Part shown: positions 29,166 to 38,917 of the stretch, piece after piece
How the letters are laid out: every line of letters starts with the position of its first letter
How positions within the stretch are numbered: position 1 is the first letter of the stretch
Source of the DNA: Patescibacteria group bacterium
GTDB lineage: Bacteria; Patescibacteriota; Kazan-3B-28
NCBI GenBank assembly: GCA_041649135.1
Contig: JBAZNQ010000001.1
Coordinates: 291,037 to 355,036, forward strand
DNA: 64,000 bases
Direction of reading: 5' to 3'
Made by a program: the position numbers and the translations under genes
Notes under the pieces: model-generated
Databases searched by the model: none
What the model was told of the DNA's origin: nothing
What the model saw: only the letters and a program-made list of their open reading frames with translations

Positions 29166-29711
29166 TCACACTGTTTTAATCTCGGTTTCTTTTTGCTTCA
29201 ATAGATCATCAATTTGAGCAACTACGGCATCAATTTTTTCTTGCACTTGTTTCTCTAATCTGGCCTGCTCATCTTCACCAATTAATTTTTCTTTTACCTG
29301 TCCGGCAATCTTGTCCATCACATCCCGTCGTAGATTCCGTACTGACACCTTCGCATTTTCTGCCTTGCCGGAAGCGATCTTCGCTAGTTCACTCCGTCGT
29401 TCTTCTGACAATGGCGGAACATTAATTCTCACCATTGTTCCGTCATTCATGGGATTCAAACCTAAATCAGATTCTTGGATCGCCTTTTCGATCCCCGCCA
29501 AACTGCTCTTGTCCCACGGCTGAATAGCAATTGAACGCGCATCCGGTATCATCACGCTAGCGATTTGCTTAATTGTCATCTTGCTGCCATAGACATCCAC
29601 CGACAGATTTTCTACTAGTCCAGCGCTTGCCCGACCAGTTCGAACACTATTCAGATCCTCCCGAAATATTTCCAGACTTTGATCTAATTTATTTTTTAGT
29701 TCCTCTAACAT
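29166..29711 (-). CDS. frr: ribosome recycling factor
   Basis: A 181-aa protein with a typical RRF sequence throughout. Confidence 0.9.
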   Translation of the reverse strand: MLEELKNKLDQSLEIFREDLNSVRTGRASAGLVENLSVDVYGSKMTIKQIASVMIPDARSIAIQPWDKSSLAGIEKAIQESDLGLNPMNDGTMVRINVPPLSEERRSELAKIASGKAENAKVSVRNLRRDVMDKIAGQVKEKLIGEDEQARLEKQVQEKIDAVVAQIDDLLKQKETEIKTV

Positions 29712-29810
29712 AGTCTTTTTGCTCTTCTTTATAGATCCTCCATAGTTCTGCTGCCCAGCAGAACGAAGGAGGACTACCTTAACTTTTCACTTTTAACTTT
29801 TAACTTTTCA

Positions 29811-30341
29811 CTATCCTACACTGCCCAGCTCCATCCGCACAAACCGACCGATCTTAATGTTTTCCTTAAAGAAAGCAATTTGCTCATTCAGCAAATCTTC
29901 TACCGTCTTGCTGGAATCTTTGACGAACGACTGATTTAACAACACCGCTTCTTTCAAATAGGTCTGTTTATCATCTTGAGCTGATAGTTCATCTGCTGGC
30001 ACATCTGCCTCCAAAACATATTTCGGGTTCATACCGGCAATATGTACCGCTAAATCTCTGGCAAACGCCACAAACCTTTCATCTCTTGCCACAAAATCGG
30101 TTTCCACCATCACTTCTACCAATACCCCAATTTTGCTGCCAGCATGAATATAAGACGCCACCACTCCATTGGCGGCTACCCTCTCGGCTTTCTTGGCGGC
30201 AATCGAAGCCCCACGCGCTTTTAAGATCTCTACCGCTTTATCATAGTCTCCACTAGCCTCCACCAACGCCTGCTTCGCCTCCATCATGCCGGAACCAGTT
30301 AAGTCTCTTAATTGTTTAACTAAATCAGCTTTAATTTCCAT
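29811..30341 (-). CDS. tsf: elongation factor Ts (short form)
   Basis: LVKQLRDLTGSGMMEAKQAL and an N-terminal UBA-like region. The rpsB-tsf-frr-uppS order is conserved. Confidence 0.8.
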   Translation of the reverse strand: MEIKADLVKQLRDLTGSGMMEAKQALVEASGDYDKAVEILKARGASIAAKKAERVAANGVVASYIHAGSKIGVLVEVMVETDFVARDERFVAFARDLAVHIAGMNPKYVLEADVPADELSAQDDKQTYLKEAVLLNQSFVKDSSKTVEDLLNEQIAFFKENIKIGRFVRMELGSVG

Positions 30342-31110
30342 TTGTCCCCTCCTCTACTTTAACTGCTAGTTCTTCTTCCCCGCCAGCCTTTTCACTATCG
30401 TCTGTTGGCTGATCGCCGGTGGCTAGCGGCCGATCGCTCACCATACAAGCTTCCGCCACTAATTCAGCCACATAACTAATCGCTTTTTTCGCATCATCAT
30501 TAGACGGGATCGGATAATCAATCAAGCTAGGATCAGAATTAGTATCCACCATTGCGATTACCGGCAGCTTCAGTTTTTTTGCCTCCCGTACCGCAATGGC
30601 ATCCTGTAATGTACTCACTACAAAGATTGCCGCTGGCAAATTGCGCATTTCTCTCAAACCGCCCAAGCTGAACTGCAAAGTCTTGTAAACTTTGTCCAAT
30701 TCTGCCCGTTCTTTTTTGGTCATGTCATCAAAATTATTTTTGGCAAAGCGGTCATCAATTTCCCGCATATATTTCAATCGCTTCTTCAGCGTATCGAAAT
30801 TGGTTAATAGCCCGCCCATCCACCGCTCGTCAACGTATGGCATCCCACAAGCTTCTGCCGCCTGCTTAATAATCGGACCAGCTTGTTTCTTTGTCCCAAC
30901 AAAAATAATCTGCTTACCCTCTGTCGCCAGCTCATGCGCAAATTCCAGCGCCGATGTCAGTAGTGGCAAAGTTTTTGTCAGATCAATTAAATGAATGCCA
31001 TCTCTGGCCTCAAAAATATACGAATCCATCTTCGGGTTACGCCGAAAAGTCTGATGCCCAAAGTGCATCCCCGCTTCCATCATCGCTTCGATCGAAATCT
31101 TCTGCTTCAT
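30331..31110 (-). CDS. rpsB: 30S ribosomal protein S2
   Basis: MMEAGMHFGHQTFRRNPKM... The start was moved to the ATG at 31108-31110. Confidence 0.9.
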   Translation of the reverse strand: MKQKISIEAMMEAGMHFGHQTFRRNPKMDSYIFEARDGIHLIDLTKTLPLLTSALEFAHELATEGKQIIFVGTKKQAGPIIKQAAEACGMPYVDERWMGGLLTNFDTLKKRLKYMREIDDRFAKNNFDDMTKKERAELDKVYKTLQFSLGGLREMRNLPAAIFVVSTLQDAIAVREAKKLKLPVIAMVDTNSDPSLIDYPIPSNDDAKKAISYVAELVAEACMVSDRPLATGDQPTDDSEKAGGEEELAVKVEEGTNGN

Positions 31111-31300
31111 ACCTAATTCTCCTTTTATTCCTCCCCGCGCCATTTTAATGTCTCGTCTTGAGCTGATTAGCTAGTGATCAGCAGGAGCAGACGATTTTTA
31201 CTCGCACCTAAACTGGCAAGAGTAAAAACGGCGGGGTGTGTTGATATACAGTCGGCATCTTAACCGACTCCGGACCATAAGTCAACACCGTCCACATCAT

Positions 31301-32431
31301 TTATAACCCCCTAATCTGGTCTTGTAAGCGGTGGCTATTGACGTGAGTCAGATACCCCAGATACGACTGATACCTATTTTCAAGATTGTCATCCTCTCTA
31401 TCAATAGATCTTTGGAGATTCTTGAACATCCGCTTCACCGTCTTTTTTCTAGGCAAACTATAGTGTGGTAACGCCACATACCCGACATAATCTATACCCC
31501 AATTGAGCTTTCTCAAGGAAATCTTGTCTGGATGAAGAATGAGCTTGAGACGAGTTTTAAGGAACTGGTTTACCTCAACTAGATAACCCATCAGCTCGTC
31601 TGGGTTATTAGCCAAGAAAACGAAATCATCGGCATACCGCAAATAATGTTCGGCTTTCAATCGATGCTTCACGAACTTGTCCAATGGGTCCATATAGATA
31701 TTAGCGAATAGTTGAGAAGTTAAGTTGCCCAGCGGCATTCCTTTGCCATGAGAGTGTTCAAAGCTGTGGATAATATTCTCTAACAAACTAAATAGCTTCT
31801 CGTCGGTGATTCTTTCCCGGAGCAAACCGATCAGAATATCATGGTCGATGCTATCGAAAAACTTGCGAATATCGCACTTGAGAGCGAAGCACGGTCGGAT
31901 GCAATTTTTACTAATTGAACGAGTCATCTGACATAGCCGAGCGAATGCTTTATGTGTCCCTTTCTCATTCCGACAAGAATAGCTGTCAAAACTAAAACTC
32001 ATATCCCATTTAGGATACAAGACCCGATAGATAGCCCTGTGTAACAACCTATCCCTAACAGCCGCCTTACTGATTGTTCTTATTTTAGGATCAACGATCT
32101 GAAATTGACGGTATCTGGTATGCTTATATGTTCCACTCGTCAGATCTCGTTGTAACTGAAATAGGTTATTTTCTAATGTATATTCAAATATTCGCAGGTC
32201 TGTCTTGTTTCGCTTGCCTTTTCGAAACTCATGCCAAGCTGCCAACAGGTTGTCGATGCGGATAACTTCATCAAAAACTCTCTCATGGAAAAAAATTCTT
32301 TTAACGCCCCCCCCCGCACGGATTTGACGAAATCCTGATTGTTTCTCGGTTGTACGGATTTTACAAAGCTTTGCATGATGCTTTGCTGAAATTCCCGAAG
32401 GTTGAACGATATAGTTTGGGACAAACTGCAC
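31301..32431 (-). CDS. diversity-generating retroelement reverse transcriptase (5' end uncertain)
   Basis: Motif 0 is IDNLLAAWHEF. The DGR-type RT4 motif is LGNLTSQ (SQ in place of the group-II intron SP). The YADDFVF catalytic box is present. The first ~55 codons overlap antisense avd, are low-complexity, and contain C9 (32308-32316) and A7 homopolymer runs. Confidence 0.8.
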   Translation of the reverse strand: MQFVPNYIVQPSGISAKHHAKLCKIRTTEKQSGFRQIRAGGGVKRIFFHERVFDEVIRIDNLLAAWHEFRKGKRNKTDLRIFEYTLENNLFQLQRDLTSGTYKHTRYRQFQIVDPKIRTISKAAVRDRLLHRAIYRVLYPKWDMSFSFDSYSCRNEKGTHKAFARLCQMTRSISKNCIRPCFALKCDIRKFFDSIDHDILIGLLRERITDEKLFSLLENIIHSFEHSHGKGMPLGNLTSQLFANIYMDPLDKFVKHRLKAEHYLRYADDFVFLANNPDELMGYLVEVNQFLKTRLKLILHPDKISLRKLNWGIDYVGYVALPHYSLPRKKTVKRMFKNLQRSIDREDDNLENRYQSYLGYLTHVNSHRLQDQIRGL

Positions 32432-32667
32432 AGAATGCCACTCTCGGATTGATCGAATTGTTGATTTCCGCTAGTAAAACAAGTCAACCACAACGAAAAT
32501 CCGACTGTTTGACATTAGCCAACACAAAACTAGAAATGATCAAACTGTTCTTGCGCTTGTCCAAAGACGTGAACGCGCTAACAGATAGAAGATATCTTGA
32601 GCTCCAATCCATCCTCCAAGAGGTCGGCAAAATGCTCGGAGGATGGATCAGATCTGTTAAGCGGTAG
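32350..32667 (+). CDS. avd: DGR accessory variability determinant (Avd, four-helix bundle), on the strand opposite to RT/TR/VR
   Basis: The C-terminus QSILQEVGKMLGGWIRSVKR closely resembles Bordetella phage bAvd (...EVGRILGSWIARVNRK). An FPKVERYSLGQ motif is present. Likely TTG start. The stop lies 12 nt before the TR. Confidence 0.65.
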   Translation: MYGFYKALHDALLKFPKVERYSLGQTAQNATLGLIELLISASKTSQPQRKSDCLTLANTKLEMIKLFLRLSKDVNALTDRRYLELQSILQEVGKMLGGWIRSVKR

Positions 32668-32679
32668 CAGAGGGTACTA

Positions 32680-32795
32680 CCGGGCAACGGCGCCATAGTT
32701 CCAATTGCGATTCGAGCGGTTGTCGTAGTTGACGTTCAGACCATCGTCAGTATTGAATTCGACATTCAGCGAGTTGTCAGCGTCGTGCGATATAG
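32680..32795 (-). repeat. DGR template repeat (TR)
   Basis: A 110-bp alignment with 33116-33225. All 18 mismatches are at minus-strand adenines of this copy (AAC/AAT codons). This copy does not lie in the target ORF. Confidence 0.8.
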
Positions 32796-33022
32796 CCCCT
32801 GTCTCATCCGTGTCACCGCCGAGGATATAGTATCTATCGGCTGTATTTTATTTGCGTCTTGTATAAACGCGTCGAAGACGGAGCAAGAAGTTCTCTCTGC
32901 TAGTTAGCTCTCCCAACCGCTCAAATTAAACGGTTGGCTCTGGCTGTCCAGATGAGAGGAAACGATGAACAGAGACAGAGCGTCTCTGCTGCACTACCAT
33001 TTCATCAATATTATACAAAAAT

Positions 33023-33048
33023 GCCCTGCTTCCCGTGAGAAGCAGGGC
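33023..33048 (-). promoter_or_regulatory. GC-rich 10-bp-stem hairpin downstream of the VR (candidate DGR homing-assisting cruciform)
   Basis: gccctgcttc-ccgtga-gaagcagggc, about 67 nt 3' of the VR on the coding strand. Confidence 0.45.
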
Positions 33049-33091
33049 AGGCCCAAGGGCCAAATCACAAATTGATAAAAGGTCCAGGGGT

Positions 33092-33868
33092 TCAAGGCAC
33101 GAGGGGCTTGAACTTCCGGGCAACGGCGCCATAGCCCCAATAGCGATCCGAGCGGTCGCCGTAGCCGACGCGCAGACCACCGTCAGTACTGAATCCGACA
33201 CTCAGCGAGTCGGCAGCGCCGCGCGCATACGAGTTGCGACACCTGATCCAGCCACCCATAAAGAGGACCCGACCGAAGGCCATAAAGTGACGGATCATCA
33301 GGTAAAGGGCTTCCTCCGCTGATGTTAGACCATCGCCGCCTTGCTCGATCGCCCACGTATTATGTTCGTCGGCGTTGAGGTTGAAGGGCCGATGTTCTGC
33401 ATCCGTCGAGTTCATGATCGCCGAGAGGTCGCACTCGATCGTGCCCGCTTCGGTGACCAGCTCTTCGCCATCGCAGTTCGGTGACGAATTAATCTTCATC
33501 CCAATCTTACGCGCCAGCCCGATGAGATGGGTGCGGTTCAGCCCACCCGGAATAAAGTAGTGATTTATGCCAGAGTCGCCTCGCAGAGCGCGGCGCACTT
33601 CATCCGGTATGCCACCATCTTCTTCGGCGAGCCCGAGCCGGATTAAGGCCTGGGCTTCGCGCTCGAGCCACTCCTGCGGGGTAATCTCGTTAACCACCAA
33701 CTTACCGGTCATAGCGAGCCACACTTGGTGACGGTAGACCGGGTCGTCGATGATCCGCTGGAAACAGCGGAGGACAGTTTCGAGGTTATCGCCAGATAGT
33801 GTCACTAGACGCTTGACGGCCTCCCCGAGGATAAACAGCGAATTCATGATGAAGTTCACGGATGACAT
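33092..33868 (-). CDS. DGR target protein with a C-terminal variable region (CLec/FGE-like tail)
   Basis: The VR encodes ...GGWIRCRNSYARGAADSLSVGFSTDGGLRVGYGDRSDRYWGYGAVARKF-COOH. GC-rich. Confidence 0.7.
   Translation of the reverse strand: MSSVNFIMNSLFILGEAVKRLVTLSGDNLETVLRCFQRIIDDPVYRHQVWLAMTGKLVVNEITPQEWLEREAQALIRLGLAEEDGGIPDEVRRALRGDSGINHYFIPGGLNRTHLIGLARKIGMKINSSPNCDGEELVTEAGTIECDLSAIMNSTDAEHRPFNLNADEHNTWAIEQGGDGLTSAEEALYLMIRHFMAFGRVLFMGGWIRCRNSYARGAADSLSVGFSTDGGLRVGYGDRSDRYWGYGAVARKFKPLVP
33116..33231 (-). repeat. DGR variable repeat (VR) at the 3' end of the target gene
   Basis: TR AAC becomes GGC/GAC/CGC and TR AAT becomes TAT/GAT/AGT. The shared GC-rich 3' end (ctatggcgccgttgcccgg) is a candidate initiation-of-mutagenic-homing (IMH) site. 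Confidence 0.8.
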
Positions 33869-34034
33869 ATCCGTACACCTCGCTCATTGTAAAGTTGCTG
33901 GTGGGTGTCGTCAACTAGGGTTAACGCCTGAAAATCACAGGTCCACCATACACCGCCAAGATAACAGAAAAAACCACCTGAAGTCAAGTGATTTTCTACT
34001 CTGGAAGCAACTTTTTCTACATACCCAAGACCCC

Positions 34035-37000
34035 CTAATTATCCAAACCCGACTGATCAGATTGTTGGGGTTGGTTAGACCCGCCTCCCCATTGGTCAGA
34101 TTGTCGAGATTGATTAGATTGGTGCAGATTGGTTAGATTGTCTGGCAATTCTCCCCACAACCCAACCCCAGGTTCTACTAGCGGCCGGTTTTCCGAAGTC
34201 ATCGGTATAGCTTGCATCGGATTGACTGGCCAGACTGCCTGCCCACTTTGGTTATTGGTCATTGGATATTGGATATTATCCCGCCGGCGGCGGGATCCAA
34301 ACCACTTTCCCATCGCATCAAACCAAACATACAGGATCGGAGTGGTCACAAATGACAAGAAACCAGACACGATAATCCCAAAGACAATGACCGTCGCCAA
34401 CCCTCTCCAGAATGGCGAGAATAGTGCCAACGGCATTAATCCGGCAAAGATAGTCATCTTAGTTAGCAAGATCGGTTTAAACCGAACTGTGATCGAAGTG
34501 GCAATTGCCTCTTGTGCGCTCATCCCCTTCGCTCGCATTTGATTCGCAAAATCAATGATCAGAATTGTAACGTTTACTACGATCCCCGCCATCGCTACCA
34601 CCCCCAATAATTCCAAGAAGCCTAATTGACCAGTCGCAATTGCTACGGCTGGGAATACTCCAATAAAACCTAATGGCACAGCAAATAAAATAATTATTGG
34701 CGACAAGATTGATCTAAAGAAGCCAACCAGAATTATGTAAATCAGGAATAAGGCAATAATTAACGCAATGAACAGCTGGCCGAATGATTCCGTTATTGCC
34801 CCCGCTACCCCTTCCGTTTCCGTTGCGCTTTCGGCATCCAGCCCTAAAGCGTCTAATTTATCATCATCCAAATATTTGGTTAGCTCCGACTGTACCTTTA
34901 ATGGGTCAGTCTCACTATCTACTTTTGCTCTGATCGTCACATATCGTTTGCCATCCAATCTTTCAATGCTCTGCGCTGCTTGTGCTTCAGTTCCGGTAAT
35001 TAAATTATCAACCGTTGGGACACTAATTACTCCGGTCATGGTACTACCGACCGCAGTTGATACCGGCAATTGTTTAATTTCATCCAGACTATCGATCGTC
35101 TTATCCATCTTGGTGATGACCTTATACACCTCGTCATCTAGTTTCAGATTTATCACCTCCGTCTCGTCTAGCTGATTCTTAACCACATTCGCCAAAGCTA
35201 ACGGATTCAAGTTCATTAAATTATTAGTGTCCAAGACTAATGCCGTTCCGCTACTCTTGTCATCAACCTTCAATGAGTTTTCTGTTTTGGTCACACCATC
35301 TTGAGTTTTCAAAAATTCCTCCACATCATTGGCTGCTTTTTGTAGTTTGTCTAAATCTTGATCAAACAACCGGATGCTCACCGGATACGCCTCCTGTGGT
35401 GGAGCTGATTCGTCCATCGTCGCTACTACTTCTGCGCCCTGTAACCCACCAAAGTAATCATTCGCATCCTCCACTAATTTAGCGGCCGTTCTTAAATCTT
35501 CGTCCTGACGTTCTACCATTGGGAACAGTTCCGCCACCATCACGAAGGAATTCCCCGTCTGTTCATAAACCGCAAATTTACTTACTTCTTTCTGCTTTGA
35601 CAAATACTGCTGGACCGGGTCAATAACTTTTATCGCTTTATCAAATGCCCACCGGTCGCTCAACGTACCAGTTATCATCACCATGTCGGCATCGCCAGTC
35701 GAAGCAAACTGCACAACCTTAACTTGCTCTGTGGCGATAAATGCTCCCCCAATTGCTATTGGCGCAATAATTGCCGCCAGAATGATCAAGCCTCTCGCTA
35801 CTTGTTTGCCAACCCCATTCCCCAACAAATTGGTTACTAATCGCCCAATCCATTTTGAGACTGCCCAAACCCCAACCAATTCCGACTTACCATCTGCCTG
35901 CGATTGAACTTTTTTGCTTGGCTTCAACCAATTAGCGCCAACCGGCAAGAAAAATAAAGTCGGTACGATAAAGGACGACACCACTGCCGGAATAACTGTC
36001 TGGGGAATATATTGGATGATTTGTCCAAAAAATCCCGACACCACTCCGAATGGAATAAATACCACAAAATTAGCGATAGCTGACAAGAGCACCCCCAATC
36101 CTACTGCGTTAAAAGTTTTGATTGCCGCCTCTTTACCGGAATAGCCTTGTTCCCGATATCGTTGCATCGCCTCCAAAAACACGATCGTCGGGTCAACTAC
36201 CAGCCCGACCACCAAGATCATTGAAAACAATACGATCGTATTAATTGAAATCCCCGCTAGCTTCAAATAAGCAGTCGTCATCCCGAGCGCTAACGGGATC
36301 GATAATCCAGCCAAGACTGCTACTCGCCAGTTCACAAAGATCAGCAAGAACAGCACCACCAAAGTAATCCCGCCGAACAGATAACCGATCACCCCCAACG
36401 ATCCTAATGCCTCTATATTGCCGCCGATAATACTCTTCTTGATCTCCGATAATTGATCACCAGTATATTTGGCTACGTCATACACTTTGATGATCCTGAC
36501 ATTGCCAGACAATCGCGAATCGTCTTCCAGTTCCGCATATTTATCGTCCAACCGTTCGCCTAAAGCTAACACGTCTTCGTTGGTCTCTGCCATTACCCAA
36601 AGCACAACCGCTCGGTCAATCCGCATCCCGCCCGCATCTTCGATTGCTTCATCACCATCATTCTCTCTGGAACCAACTCGATTGTAGTAATCGTTGTTAT
36701 TAATCGTCTGTTTAATCGTCGCAATATCTTTCAATCTGACATTTGGGCCGATCAACATATTCTCTAACTCACTTATTTCGGTCAGCGGCCGTTTGACGCT
36801 TAGAGAGTACTTATCTTGTTGTTCATCATAAAAAGATCCCAACGGCATCTCAAATTGAGCCGCTTTCAGTAGCGCCTCAACCTGTGTCCGCTGGATTCCC
36901 ATTTGGGAGAGCTTCGCACTATCAAACGTAATTTCGATCTCTGGCGTTAACGGATTGCTGATCTTAACTTCTTTTACCCCCTTAACTGTCTCCAGCTCAT

Positions 37001-37505
37001 CAACGATAATTTTTGCTTTTTCATACAATTCCCAATCCGCTCCACTATTTGAGTTATCCAAAGTTACCGCCAACATGACTGTCGGGCCCATCACATCAAT
37101 TTCTTTTGCTTTTGGTTTATCAACGCCTTCTGGCAATTCCACACCGGCTAACTTCCCTTCCAAGTCCTGCATCGCACTTGTCATCTCGGTCTTGTCATCA
37201 AATGTCACCGTCATTACCGCAAATGAATCGTTGGCTGCTGCCGTATACTCATCTACCGATTTAACTTCGGCAATTGCCCGCTCAATCGGTTTGACGATCT
37301 TGTCTTCCACTTGCAAGGCCGATGCTCCCGGATACGTTGCCGTGATCACCGCCATATTCAAATTCATACTGGGGAAACCCTGTGGCTGGAAGAAATAAAA
37401 CGATACCGAACCAGCGATCACCACAAATACAAACAACAAAGCCACGATCTGCCCGTTGTTGAAAATCAGATTTATGAATTTTCGCCCAAAACTTCTATCG
37501 CCCAT
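34035..37505 (-). CDS. RND-superfamily exporter (AcrB/MMPL-like, 12 TM) with a Q/N-rich C-terminal tail
   Basis: Two large periplasmic loops and TM bundles typical of the RND family. Start placed at MGDRSFGRKF (ATG at 37503-37505). A PMTNNQ repeat lies near the C-terminus. Confidence 0.7.
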   Translation of the reverse strand: MGDRSFGRKFINLIFNNGQIVALLFVFVVIAGSVSFYFFQPQGFPSMNLNMAVITATYPGASALQVEDKIVKPIERAIAEVKSVDEYTAAANDSFAVMTVTFDDKTEMTSAMQDLEGKLAGVELPEGVDKPKAKEIDVMGPTVMLAVTLDNSNSGADWELYEKAKIIVDELETVKGVKEVKISNPLTPEIEITFDSAKLSQMGIQRTQVEALLKAAQFEMPLGSFYDEQQDKYSLSVKRPLTEISELENMLIGPNVRLKDIATIKQTINNNDYYNRVGSRENDGDEAIEDAGGMRIDRAVVLWVMAETNEDVLALGERLDDKYAELEDDSRLSGNVRIIKVYDVAKYTGDQLSEIKKSIIGGNIEALGSLGVIGYLFGGITLVVLFLLIFVNWRVAVLAGLSIPLALGMTTAYLKLAGISINTIVLFSMILVVGLVVDPTIVFLEAMQRYREQGYSGKEAAIKTFNAVGLGVLLSAIANFVVFIPFGVVSGFFGQIIQYIPQTVIPAVVSSFIVPTLFFLPVGANWLKPSKKVQSQADGKSELVGVWAVSKWIGRLVTNLLGNGVGKQVARGLIILAAIIAPIAIGGAFIATEQVKVVQFASTGDADMVMITGTLSDRWAFDKAIKVIDPVQQYLSKQKEVSKFAVYEQTGNSFVMVAELFPMVERQDEDLRTAAKLVEDANDYFGGLQGAEVVATMDESAPPQEAYPVSIRLFDQDLDKLQKAANDVEEFLKTQDGVTKTENSLKVDDKSSGTALVLDTNNLMNLNPLALANVVKNQLDETEVINLKLDDEVYKVITKMDKTIDSLDEIKQLPVSTAVGSTMTGVISVPTVDNLITGTEAQAAQSIERLDGKRYVTIRAKVDSETDPLKVQSELTKYLDDDKLDALGLDAESATETEGVAGAITESFGQLFIALIIALFLIYIILVGFFRSILSPIIILFAVPLGFIGVFPAVAIATGQLGFLELLGVVAMAGIVVNVTILIIDFANQMRAKGMSAQEAIATSITVRFKPILLTKMTIFAGLMPLALFSPFWRGLATVIVFGIIVSGFLSFVTTPILYVWFDAMGKWFGSRRRRDNIQYPMTNNQSGQAVWPVNPMQAIPMTSENRPLVEPGVGLWGELPDNLTNLHQSNQSRQSDQWGGGSNQPQQSDQSGLDN

Positions 37506-37901
37506 CGAATTTGTCCCGTTAGAGTCAGTATGCTCGGCTACCAAGCCGCTTAACCACCCACAAGACCATTCTCCCCCGAGAACCATGCCCCATTAGGAGT
37601 AAAAACTCCAACGGGATACTCTCGTTAGAGTACCCAAAAACTCGCCTCCAGTCAAGGAAAGCCCAACCGCTTGGTTATTGGTTATTGGATACCGTAGGTC
37701 CTTCCGTAGCTTTAGCGGAGAAAGAGGGAGAATTGGATATTACGGCACAGTCGCCTTTAAAAACCCAACTGCCTTGGTGATCGGATATTGATTATTGAAT
37801 ATTACGGCAAAGGTCCATGCTTCGCTCTTCAAGCTTCGCAGGACAGTCTTCGCTTTTTATAGTTGGCAAAACCAGGCGTAGCTACTAAAGATAGCGAAGA
37901 C

Positions 37902-37976
37902 TGGTGGACCCGGGTGGGATCGAACCACCGACCTTTCCGATGTGAACGGAACGCTCTACCACTGAGCCACGAGTCC
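37902..37976 (-). tRNA. tRNA-Val (anticodon CAC)
   Basis: Reverse complement GGACTCGTGGCTCAGTGGTAGAGCGTTCCGTTCACATCGGAAAGGTCGGTGGTTCGATCCCACCCGGGTCCACCA. Cloverleaf with D-loop AGTGGTAGAGC, anticodon loop TTCACAT, T-loop GGTTCGATCC and an encoded CCA. Confidence 0.85.
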
Positions 37977-38228
37977 TTACTTTTATCATAACCAACTGCG
38001 TAGTCCGCCAAAGCGATATCTATACGCCAAGAGGCTAATGACCTATTTGGCGTGAGATCGAGCGATCGCGATCCTTCCATAGCTTTAGCGAAGGAGGACG
38101 GCGGAAGCTAATCGCCCACAAAATAATTTTACCCTTCCTAGCCCCTAACCCCCAAACCCTAAATGCTAGATACTAGATGCTAGATACTAGCCAGTACTAT
38201 ATAATGAAAAGGAATTTTGTAAATCTCT

Positions 38229-38885
38229 ATGGTTGAAGATATGTTTGACTCCGTTGAAGACGGAGGCCATAAATCATCTGGTCGTTCATCACGCCAACGT
38301 ATTCCCCAACGGAGTATGTGGTTGACTGTCGTAGTCGCTGGAGCGCTGTTTATTTATGATGTTTTCAAAACCGTTGCCACCGTCTTGGGTGTAGCGTTTA
38401 TGATTCGGTTCTTCTTAATTCAGCCTTTCTACGTTTCCGGCCCATCAATGGAACCAAATTTCCATAATAACGAATACATCATCGTTGATCAGGTTACTTA
38501 TCGTTTCCGCCAACCACATCGCGGTGATGTGATCGTTTTCAAGTGGCCGCAAAACATTTCCGTCTCTTTCATTAAGCGAGTCATCGCCACACCCGGCGAA
38601 ACCGTCGAAGTCCGCGATGGTCAAATCTACATTTACAACAAAACCTATCCCAATGGCGTTCTGCTTCAAGAACCCTACATCGACGTTAGTACCTCTACTG
38701 ATGTCAAACGTACTCTAAGCGAAGATGAGTACTTTGTCATGGGCGACAATCGCAGCAATAGTTCCGACTCACGCATGTGGGGCCCTGTACCCCGTCACCT
38801 CATTACCGGTAAAGTCTGGGTAGTCATTTACCCATTCGAAGATTTTCACACCATCCCGCATCCCGCCTACAGTAAGGGACTATAA
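38229..38885 (+). CDS. lepB: signal peptidase I
   Basis: SPSMEPN (catalytic Ser box), GDVIVFKWP and GDNRSNSSDSR boxes of the S26 family. Confidence 0.85.
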   Translation: MVEDMFDSVEDGGHKSSGRSSRQRIPQRSMWLTVVVAGALFIYDVFKTVATVLGVAFMIRFFLIQPFYVSGPSMEPNFHNNEYIIVDQVTYRFRQPHRGDVIVFKWPQNISVSFIKRVIATPGETVEVRDGQIYIYNKTYPNGVLLQEPYIDVSTSTDVKRTLSEDEYFVMGDNRSNSSDSRMWGPVPRHLITGKVWVVIYPFEDFHTIPHPAYSKGL

Positions 38886-38917
38886 AACAGTTAAAAGTTA
38901 ATAATTAATAGTTAAAA

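Noticed and set aside
31301-32431. Group II intron or retron interpretation of the RT ORF
   Set aside because: Motif 4 reads LGNLTSQ (DGR-type SQ). No intron-encoded maturase or endonuclease domains and no intron RNA domain V were seen. An adjacent Avd homolog and an adenine-specific TR/VR pair are present. DGR is the better explanation.
37829-38080. 83-aa ORF on the minus strand
   Set aside because: It overlaps the tRNA-Val gene (37902-37976) and is a shadow ORF.
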